60,494 bases of DNA from Hemiscyllium ocellatum (taxonomy: Eukaryota). Below the pieces are notes generated by a model. It did no database searches. It was given only the letters and a program-made list of their open reading frames with translations, and was not told the DNA's origin. Of the stretch, positions 12,546-21,499 are shown in pieces (the first letter of the stretch is position 1; each line of letters starts with the position of its first letter). The stretch lies in the NCBI RefSeq assembly GCF_020745735.1, contig NC_083409.1, positions 17,236,619-17,297,112 of the forward strand. The letters are read 5' to 3'. Made by a program: the position numbers and the translations under genes.

Positions 12546-12990
12546 GAGCAGAGTTAAAGCTGGGGGAGGTGGGAGCTCGGTGTCTCACTGTGCTGCTGCT
12601 GCTGCTGCTGCTGCTGCTGAGGTCAGTGAGATCAGAGACTGGGACAGGGAGCCAGAGCTCACATCAAACTCTGCCCCGTGTCCGTCACACTGAGACTGGC
12701 AGGAGGCTACTCACTGATTTCACTCCATGCTGCAGGAATGGGACCACAGGCTGCAAATGGACAGAGCTCCTCTACACAGTGAGTAAAACTTACTGACTTA
12801 TATCTTGCGTTTTTTAAAGAGGGCATGAAAGTAAAGAAATACAGCTGGACACCCTGTTAGACACAGTGCTCCTCAATCAACCATTTCATTCTCTGCAGCT
12901 TTCCACTAACACCTTCAACAAATCAGCAACTGTATTTTAGAAAGTGTGTTTCAGTATTGAAAGGGTTAATAACAGAGGATTGAGGTTTAC
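12546..12990. other. Non-repeat island A in the J-proximal intron with a (CTG)9 tract; mirror at ~46505-46950 with (CAG)11
   Basis: Begins where a LINE tail ends. Almost identical between arms by eye and not similar to the LINE/SINE families elsewhere in the window. Confidence 0.7.
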
Positions 12991-12994
12991 TTAC

Positions 12995-13029
12995 TCAGTC
13001 TGAGCTTGGTTCCTTTACCGAACGTAAGC
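12995..13029 (-). CDS. IGKJ: Ig kappa J segment, cluster 1 (LTFGKGTKLRL)
   Basis: FGxG motif: G CTT ACG TTC GGT AAA GGA ACC AAG CTC AGA CTG A, followed by the canonical donor GTAAGT. Confidence 0.95.
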
Positions 13030-13067
13030 CACAGTGAGAGCTCCAGTGCAGAGGCTGTACAAAAACC
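13030..13067 (-). promoter_or_regulatory. J1 recombination signal (23-type, 22-bp spacer)
   Basis: Plus strand CACAGTG (13030-13036), 22 nt, ACAAAAACC (13059-13067). Consensus heptamer and nonamer. Confidence 0.93.
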
Positions 13068-13501
13068 TCAGCTCTCTGCTTCCCTCTTATCACTGTCAAC
13101 CTCTCTCTGTCTCTGTGTGTCTATCGCTCACTCTCACCCTCTCCCTGCCCCTCTTTGTCTCTCCCTCCTTCATGTGTCTTTCTCTCTCTGTCTCTCTGGG
13201 TTGTTTCCAGCTGGGCTCGGGAGGATGGTGAAATTTATTTTTCGATGTTAAATCTTGAGGCAGCTCTTCACATGTGGCCATGTCGTGTAAGAGGGAAACT
13301 TGAGGCCTTCAGTGAGCGTTGAGACACCACAGGGACGGGAGTGTGCCGTGGACAGTGGAAATCCCAGTTTGGGGTAATTTGATCAGTTTCATTCAGATCT
13401 AACTGGATATATCACTTCAGGCGGTGAGACTGTGTGTTCATTATTATACATTTTATGTAACTGCGATGTGTCAGTCCAGGAGGTGGTGTTGTGCGTGTTG
13501 A

Positions 13502-13529
13502 GGTTTTTGTACAGCTCTGTGTCACTGTG
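13502..13529 (-). promoter_or_regulatory. V1 12-RSS
   Basis: Minus strand CACAGTG-acacagagctgt(12)-ACAAAAACC, perfect consensus. V12/J23 is the kappa-type arrangement. Confidence 0.96.
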
Positions 13530-13828
13530 TCGAGGGTAGCTGTAAGCTTGCTGACAGTAATAGTCAGCGACATCCTCATTCTGAACGTTGCTGATTGTCA
13601 GGGTGAAACTGGTCCCTGATCCACTGCCGGTGAATCGATCGGAGACTCCTGTGAATCGAGTTGTTGCAGCATAGATCAGGAGAGAGGGTTTCTGACCTTC
13701 TCGCTGCTGGTACCAAGCAAGGGAGCTGCTAATGCTTTGACTGGCCTTACAGGTGATGGTTGCGGTCTGGCCCAGTCCCACTGACAGCACCGGGGGAGAC
13801 TGGGTCATGGTGATGTCCCCACTGATAC
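13530..13828 (-). CDS. IGKV: Ig kappa V exon, cluster 1, unrearranged and open
   Basis: Acceptor ctcAG then GT ATC AGT GGG + [49 protein letters not shown]...[16 protein letters not shown], ending at the heptamer. Conserved Cys, Trp and YYC. Confidence 0.97.
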
Positions 13829-14014
13829 CTGAGGGATCAGAGAGAAACACAGTGAAGTCAGAACTGTCACAGAAAGAGCCGGTCAAATGAGAGATTGTTG
13901 GAGACACTGAGCATTCCTCTAGTTTCAGCATTTTCCCTTCAATCACAAGTCAGTGGAATTGGAGTGAGATGGAGAGCAGCGAAAGATTCAAGGTGGAAGG
14001 AGAGAGATTTGTAC

Positions 14015-14063
14015 CTGCGACACAGAATGCCAGGGGCCAAATCAGCTGTATGTGTGAAATCAT
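14015..14063 (-). CDS. IGKV: Leader exon of V1 (MISHIQLIWPLAFCVA-G)
   Basis: ATG at 14063-14061, 49-nt exon, donor G|GTAC, 186-nt intron to the V exon with phase matched. Confidence 0.92.
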
Positions 14064-14123
14064 GGTGTGTGCTCCTGTCCCTGTGCCTGGTTCCTGATAA
14101 ACTCTCCCTTCACTGGGCTCTGC

Positions 14124-14220
14124 TTTATAAAGCTGCAGCCTGTGAGAGTCTGACTGGGTGTTCCTCAGTATGTAAATGGCATCAGGCAGAGAGAGCCACG
14201 TCAGCCCCTCACACTTCCTC
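14124..14220 (-). promoter_or_regulatory. V1 promoter: TATAAA (14124-14129), octamer variant ATTTACAT (14170-14177), TGACGTGG (14196-14203), GAGGAAGTG Ets/PU box (14212-14220)
   Basis: Motifs read directly upstream of the leader ATG. TATA plus octamer is the typical IgL promoter layout. The block is conserved in cluster 2. Confidence 0.75.
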
Positions 14221-14289
14221 TTCTCTCTCTCTCTCTCTGTCTCAGAGTCATTGATGTGAACAACATTGAATGAGGCCATTTGGCCCATT

Positions 14290-15050
14290 GTGTCTGTGCT
14301 GGTAAACAGCGATCTGATGACACTAATCCCATCCTCCAGCTCTTGGCCCGTTACCCTGGAGGTTACAGCAACACAAGGGAATATCTAAACACTGCTCCAA
14401 TGTCACGAGAGTTTGTGACTCAACCAGCCTTTCAGACAGTGAGTTCCAGACTCCCACCACCCTCTGGGTGAAAACATTTCTTCTCAACTCTCCTCTCACT
14501 CTCCAATTCTCCAACTCGCCTGGCCATGGACTCACTCGTGTTCAGAACGATGAGAGGGGATCTGATTGATACATATAAAATTGTAACAGGGCTGGGCAGG
14601 GAGGAGGTTTCCCCTGGTTGGGGAGTCTGGAACCAGGGGACACAGGCTCAGGGGGATACAGGGTCGACCATTTAGGACTGAGATGAGGAAACATTTCTTC
14701 ACTCAGAGGGTGGTCAACCTGTGGAATTCTCTACCACTGAAGGCTGTGGAGGACAAGGAACTGAATATATTCAGGAAAACAAGAGAGATAATTGTTTTGC
14801 ATTTTAACAGCTTGAAGAGAATGGGGAGAACGCAGGAATATGGCTTTGAGAGAGAGGATCAGCCATAGATCATAGAATGCCTACAGTGTGGAAACAGGCC
14901 ATTTGGCCCGACAAGCCCACACTGACCCTCGAAGAAATGATGACATTCAAAAATTGATACAGCCATGATCATACTGAATGACAGAACAGACTCAAAGGGC
15001 CGAATGGCCTACTGCTGCTCCAAGTTTCTACGTGTCCACGTCTGTGTTAC
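14290..15050. mobile_element. Two CR1-like 3' fragments in opposite orientation just upstream of the V1 promoter; mirror at ~44590-45190
   Basis: ELRRNVFTQRVVGVWNSL (minus) and MRKHFFTQRVVNLWNSL (plus). Confidence 0.75.
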
Positions 15051-15269
15051 CTTCAATCTCTGTACCAGGTTTTTAAGTCTTTTACTCATGTAAAAAGTGC
15101 CATCCTACCCACCCTATCACTGTCCTGAATAATCTTATCCCTCTCTATCAGGTCCCTGTTAAGCCTTCACTGCTCAAAGCTCACATTCAGGCAGCATCCT
15201 GGGAAATCTCCCCTGTACCCTCTCAGGTACAATCACATTCTTCCCAGAGTGTGGTGACCAGGACCTGTC

Positions 15270-15351
15270 CCTCTCTCTCTCTCTGACTCACATCTGCCAT
15301 TTCTTTCTCTGTACCTCTAGCTCTCTCTCCCACTGTTAATCTCTTTCATGT

Positions 15352-15410
<59 letters not shown>

Positions 15411-16005
15411 CTGTCTCATAGCCACTCTCTCCAACTCACTGATGCATTCTCACTCCATCTTATCATCTGTTTCTCCATCTCTCACTGTCTCTGTTACTCG
15501 CTCCCTCTCTCATTTCAATTAAAAGCCTCCAATTGTTATCTGTCACTGTCTATTCCTACCTCTTTCTCTCTCCTTCCCTCTCTCAATCCCAATTTACAGT
15601 CTCTCTCCCTCTCTCTCTCTGTCATTATAAATCTACCCATACTCATCTCTCTCTCTCACACTCAACTCTACCCTCCCTCTCAACTCTCTTCATGCTTTGT
15701 CTCACACCCATCCTGTCTCTCACTCTCTCTCTCTCTCTCTCTCTCCTTGTCTCTTTCTCTCTCTCCATCCCTCTCAGTCACACTGTCTCACATCTTGTTT
15801 CACTCTCTATCCCTCAGCCTCACCATTTCTACCTCCCTCTAACTCTCTTGGTCCCCTCACATATATTGCACCGTATCAGATGCTCGTCCCTCTATCTCTC
15901 TCTCTCACTTTCTTTCTTTCTTTCTCTCTCTCTCACTCACACACACGCACGCCCACACTCACTATTTTTCCCTCCATCTCTCTCTGTCTCACTGCTCTCT
16001 CTTTC
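15270..16005. repeat. CT-rich low-complexity tract with (CT)n(CA)n microsatellites; mirror (GA/GT-rich) at ~43870-44320
   Basis: Read directly from the sequence. Confidence 0.9.
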
Positions 16006-16430
16006 TGACAGTGTCCTGGGTGGTGACAGTTGAATGCAGGATAAATCTCCCTCTGCTCTGCTCCACTAATGGATGTTAACCCTTGACCCCTGTCTTCTCC
16101 TGGAGTAAGGCCCTATTTCCACGTTGACCAGGGTTTGGCCTCTCCCAGGAAGATGGACAGATTCTGGTCAAATGAAGGGCAGTTCTGTGCAGTTCTGTGC
16201 TGTTGGCCTATTCTCACTGGGGACTGATTTGGACACAAACCTCATTCCATGAAGGCCTAGCAGAGAGAGGAGATCCTCAGATCATCAGTGTGAGTTGGAG
16301 GCACAGGACAAGCTCTGACCCACTGACCCATCCTGTCCATTCACAACATGTTCCAATCCCTTCCCCTCTCCTTCCCCTTCCATGGTCAGTCTTTTCTGAA
16401 TGGAGTGGTCCCTTCCCTGTCTCACACCAA
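16005..16430. other. Non-repeat island B ~2 kb upstream of V1; mirror at ~43470-43870
   Basis: Reverse-complement similarity between arms and no evident repeat-family match. Confidence 0.6.
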
Positions 16431-16839
16431 GGAGGAGATGAACAGATATGTAATGGGTAATGGGTTAAAGGATGATGGAGAGTGGGCAGGAAAGTGGAGT
16501 TGAGTCTGAGATGGGATCAGCCATGATTGTATTAAATGGTGGAGTGGGCTCGAGGGGCTGAATTGCCTGCTCCTGCCCCTAGTTCTTATGTTCCTCCACC
16601 CCCTCCCCAATCCCTCTTACTGCAACTTTGTGAACATTCGTGGAATGTTTGGACATTGAAGTTGCTATGTGAATTCAAGATTTGTGTGGATTTAATGTGG
16701 GGGCAGTATTGCACACAGGCTGTGATAGCTCCTGCGGTTGAATATCCTGCTGGCAGGCTTCCGCCTTCCATATACAGAATGGGGAAGTGGGGGAGGTGGG
16801 AATGTACTGCCGGGGTACACGGCGCTGTCCTCTAGCAAT

Positions 16840-18480
16840 GTGGTTGACTCTCTAGTGCCCTCTGAAATGGCCGAGCAGGGCTCTCAGTTGTATCAATTAT
16901 GACAATGTTTAAACAAAGAAATGAGACCGGACGGACCACAGGCATCGATCTAGACACCGAAAAGATTATGACAGAAACAGTCCTGTCTACCCTGCTCCAT
17001 CCTCCTTACTGACATCTGGGAGCTAGTGCCAAATTCAGGAGAGCTGTCTCACAGATGACTCAAGCAACAGACTGACACTGTCATACTCACAGAACCATAC
17101 AGACAATGTCCCAGACACTACCATCACTGTCCCTGCATGTGTCCTGTCCCACCAGAAAGGCAGACCCAGCAGAGCTGATGACACAGTAGTCTACAGCCAG
17201 AAGGGAGTTACCCTGGGATGTCTCAAAGTTGGCTCTGGACCTCATGACACCAGGTTAAACATGGGCGAGGAAACCTCCTGGTGATTACAAGGTATCTTGC
17301 TCCCTCGGCTGATGAATCAGTCTCCCGTGGGTGTTGAACAACATTTAGAGGAAGCACTGAGGGTGATGACAGCAGAGAGTGTACTCTGGGTGCGGGGTTT
17401 CAATGCCCACCAGTGAGAGTGGCTCGGCAGCAGCATTACTGATCGAGCTGGTTGGTTCCTCATGGATGTAGCTGAGGGACTGGCTCTGCAGCTGGAACCA
17501 AAAAGATGGAAAAAGATTCTTGACCCCATCCTCACCAATCTTGTGGATGTAGGTGCATCTGTCCTTGACAGTGTTGGTAAGAGTGACCATCACACAGTCC
17601 TTGTGGAAACAAAGTCTGACCTTCACATTGAGAATCCCCTCCATTGTGTTGTGTGGTACTATCACCGTACTAAATAGGACAGACTCCGAACAGATATTGC
17701 AACTCAAGGCAAACTTGTAAATGGGGATGATTGCCAAAGATTGCATAATGCTCAGCACTCTTCTCAACTCCACAGATATTGAAGCAGTCCACATGCAAAT
17801 GCAACAATATCTGGACAATATCCAGGTTTTGTCTAAGAAGTGACATTTCCCATTGGTGCCATGCAAATGCCAACCAATCACCATCACCAATAAGAGACAA
17901 ACTTAACATCGACCCTTGACAATCCATGCTATTACCATCACTGAATCCCCACGATCAACATTCTTGAGGTGCCATTGACCAGAAACACAACTGGATTCAC
18001 CAAAGAAACACAGTGGTTACAAGAGCAAGTTAGAGGCTAGGAATACTGCATCCAGTAATTCACCTCCTGATACCCCAAAGCCTGACAACCAATCAGAAGT
18101 GTGAGCAAATACTCCCCAATTGCCTGGACAGGTGCAGCTCCAACAACATTCATAGATTGACAGTGTCACAGAGTCATACAGCACAGAAACAAACCCTTAA
18201 GCCAAACTTCTACATGCTGACCAGGTTTTCTGAAGTGAACTCATCTTATTTGCCTGCATTTCACACATATTCCTTGAAACCTTTCCTATCTATGTCGATT
18301 GTATCCTATGTCTTTCTTATCCACTCAAAAAGCTTGATACCATCCAGAGCAAAGCAAACTCCTTGATTGGCATCGCATTCTCAAAGCATCCAAACTCAAT
18401 GTCACTGACGCTCCGTCGCAGCAGTGTGTATTATTGATAAGATGCACTGCAGAAATTCATCACCGATCTTCAGATAGCAC
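16840..18480 (+). mobile_element. Decayed APE-type non-LTR retrotransposon of a second family
   Basis: Endonuclease remnant VLWV.GFNAH..EWLGSSITDRAG and IL.NL...VGKSDHHTV. A same-orientation copy lies at ~40040-40560. Confidence 0.7.
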
Positions 18481-18494
18481 CTTCCAAACCCATG

Positions 18495-18687
18495 GACAAA
18501 AATAGAAATTGCAGGAAAAGCTTAGCAGGTCTGGCAGCATCTTGGAGAGAAATCAGAATTAACATTTCGGGTTGACATTAAATATTAACTCTGATTTCTC
18601 TTCACAGATGCTGCCAGACCTGCTGAGCTTTTCCAGCACTTTCTATTTTTGTCTCAGATTTACAGCATCTGCAGTTCTTTTAGTTTC
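18495..18687. mobile_element. Palindromic Penelope-end mini-element with degenerate 14-bp TSD
   Basis: Inverted arms 18495-18562/18585-18653. Flanks cttccaaacccatg (18481-18494) and cctccaaacccacg (18688-18701). Confidence 0.7.
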
Positions 18688-19264
18688 CCTCCAAACCCAC
18701 GTTCACTTCCATTTAGAACAAGAGCAGCAGATACATGGGAACACTGTGAGCTGCAAGTTCCCCTCGAAAAAGCTTAGCATCCTGACTTGGAAATATGTCG
18801 CTGATCCCTCAGCCTTGCTGGGTTAAAATGCTGGCATTCTCTCCCCAACAGCATTGTGGGTCAACTTACGTCTTGTGGACTATAGTCAAAAAGTCAGGTT
18901 CCCACCGCCTTCTCCAGGGCAACTAGGGACAGGGTAAAAAATGTTGGCCCAGCCGGTGAAGCCACTTCCCACAAGTGAATATGCAAAACCAAATGAAGTG
19001 TCCCTCAGGAGGGGAGAGGGAATGTTCAGGGTCCTGAACTCCATTTCCCAGCCCAGGCAGTTTGTCTCCCAATGAATGAATGAGATGCCAATTTGAAGCC
19101 CAGGTTCAGGGCAGTCTCACTCTGTGGACATGAGGTCTCTAAGAGAGAATTGGAGATTGAGCTGTAAAGGAAAGATTTGCTGGGTTATGGGGAGAGAGAG
19201 GGGAGCAGTGGGATTCACTGGGTCATTCAAAGGCATGATGGGCTGAATGGCCTCCTCCTGTGCT

Positions 19265-19520
19265 GTCAGATTCCAGGGAGTGCAGACAGTTTACAGTTTT
19301 CTCCCATCTCAGTAACAAACACCCAGCTGCTCCGAGCTCTTTCTTTCACTTCCTCTCTTGATGAAGTTTCAACCTTGTGCTCTGACAGTCTTTGCATTTA
19401 TTTTTTACACTGGGGCTTTCTGCTGTGGTCAGAAACTCTAATAATAAGTGTCCAATCAGTGACAATCACAGCAGCTAAGAGCAGTCAGGACTGAGGAGCC
19501 AGGCTCACTGGGAAACACAT
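19265..19520. other. Non-repeat island C ~5.3 kb upstream of V1; mirror at ~39600-39875
   Basis: Reverse-complement similarity between arms. Carries CAGCTG, CACTTCCTC, CTTTGCAT and CCAAT. Confidence 0.6.
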
Positions 19521-19990
19521 TGGGAAGATCAAAGCCATCCTCTTCAGCTCCTGGTACAAGCTCCATCCCTCTCCCTGAGCACTGTCTGCTGCTCAACCAG
19601 ACTCTTTACAACTTTGGCCTCATCTTTGGGGCTGATTTGAGGCCCAAATCCTCCACATCACAATTATCAGCCACTGAAAATCTCAACCATATTTTTGTGA
19701 CCATTCCAATGATATCCAGGCCCACATCACAGCCACTGACTTCCGTAAACATCAGCTCATCCCAAACTCTGCTGTCTGTTTTCAAACTCACACCAAGTCC
19801 ACCCCATACCCCTGCCCAAACCTCCCCACCCCACCATGACCACCACAATCCTCACTGACTGACATAAGCTCCTGGTCCAGCAACACCTCGATTTTTAAAT
19901 TCTCATCCTTGTTCTCAATCTGCTCCCTGTTGTTCCACCCTCCCTATCTCTGTGACCTCCTCCAAGCTGCCTCACTCAGTGTGATCAATA
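19520..19990 (+). mobile_element. L2-like LINE 3' fragment; mirror at ~39150-39600
   Basis: The mirror translates LQLIQNYAARIQTCTKSRS...WLLVKQHLDFQILI, typical of the L2 RT C-terminus. Confidence 0.7.
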
Positions 19991-21499
19991 ATCTTGGATA
20001 TATGGCTCTCTGTTTCTTCATCCAAATCATTGAGAAATATCGTGAAAAGCTGAGGTCCCAGCACAGATCCCTGGGAATAACACTACTCACATCTGTCTCA
20101 TTGGAACACACGCACATTATCCTTCCTCTCTGTCTCCTAGACAGACCCATTCCTGACCCAAGGTAAATGCATTTCTCAAATTCCAATCAATTCCATGATT
20201 AGGAGATGCCAGTGTTGGACTGTTATGTAAATGTTAAAAATCACACAACACCAGGTTCTAATGCAACAGGTTTGTTTGGAAGTATTAGCGTTTGGAGCAC
20301 TGCTCCTTCATCAGATGGTTGTGGAGTGTAAGATCTGAACCAATGCTTCTTTTGTGGAACATACTTAAATGTTTTTTGGAAGTCCCGATAGACAATAGCC
20401 ATCGACATTCCCTTATATCCCAAACTAATGAGCTCCTAACAAAGTGTAATCCGGTTATTTAAAGATGTCTGAACCTTTGTCAATCCAGGCTGTCTCTCTC
20501 GGACCAGTTCATATTTGTCCGTTATTCTGCCTTTAAAAACAGACTCAATCACTTCCTGACAACAGACATTCAATGGAGATGTTCATTGTAATTGAGGCTC
20601 GTAAACAGCTAGCACTGACACGAGGAGCTGAACAGCCTCCTCCTGTGCTGGCATCTTCTCTGTCTCCTTGACGGAAATATTTTACACATTAAAAACTAAA
20701 GACCAGCAGCAAATTTTAAAATATAAATTAAAATCTCCTCAAATAATTTCCACATACAGGGCCAGGCGATGTGTAGTAATTGCACAATGGGGAAGGTGGT
20801 GGAGCCCATTGTAGCTCAGAGTGACCACATCTACAGCAAGTCTTGGTTGCTCAAGACACTCCAGCTCCGAGTTGATGAGCTGGAATCTGAGCTTCAAACA
20901 CTGCGACACATCAGGGAGGGGGAGAGTTACCTGGACACTGTGTTTGGGGAGACAGTCACACCTTGTAGGTTAAATACTTCAAATTATGGCCAGTGGTCAG
21001 GGACAGGAGGGTGTGACCAAAAGTGAACAGGCCGATGCAGCCTGGATTTAGCCTTACAGGTGCCTCAGCTCCTTGTCCAACAGGAATGAGGTACATGCTC
21101 CCTGTGTCAATGAGGAAAAGGATTGTCCGGAGAATGGGCAAATGTAGTTTGAGGATTTTGGTGATAGTGACCATAACTCTGTAAGTTTCAAAGTCATTAT
21201 ATAAAAAGATAAAGATAGGGCAGAAATTATAATGTCTAAACTGGGGAAAATGTAGGGATGTGTAGGTTAGGTGCATTAGCCATGGGAGATGCAGATTTAC
21301 AGGGATAAGGTAGGGAGACAAGTCTGGGTGGGATGCTCTTCAGAATGTTGGTGTGGACTCATTGGTCTGAATGGCCTGTTTCACACTGTATGGATTCTAT
21401 AATTCGATGACTCCTAAGGGCAGTCATTGCTGGCTTGGCCAGAGATGTCCATTTCCTATGAATGAATGAAGGAAACCACTGCACCATGGTCCAGGAGGC

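Larger units (their letters stand above)
760..20190. repeat. Left arm of inverted segmental duplication
   Basis: Colinear reverse-complement matches to 38,975-55,935 across the 3'UTR, C, intronic LINE junctions, J, V, promoter, CT-rich tract and upstream islands. The supplied ORFs give mirrored pairs (e.g. 13895+/45226-, 7450-/50753+, 19520+/39092-). Confidence 0.92.

Noticed and set aside
12569-12796. Signal-peptide-like poly-Leu ORF (MGARCLTVLLLLLLLLLRS...)
   Set aside because: Starts at GTG with no in-frame ATG, poly-Leu is just the CTG tract, and the mirror copy has an in-frame TGA.
12995-13828. Germline-joined VJ, known from some shark light-chain clusters
   Set aside because: Both clusters are in split configuration with ~500 bp and two RSSs between V and J.
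13389-13946. 185-aa ORF as a single-exon gene (also 45543-45854)
   Set aside because: Read-through of the leader intron and past the RSS. The real coding part is the V exon.
15348-16033. Long Ser/Leu-rich ORFs (also 43790-44389)
   Set aside because: Translation of CT/CA low-complexity sequence.
17230-17640. Match to 40130-40560 as part of the inverted duplication
   Set aside because: Both copies are in the same orientation, so they are independent insertions of one LINE family.
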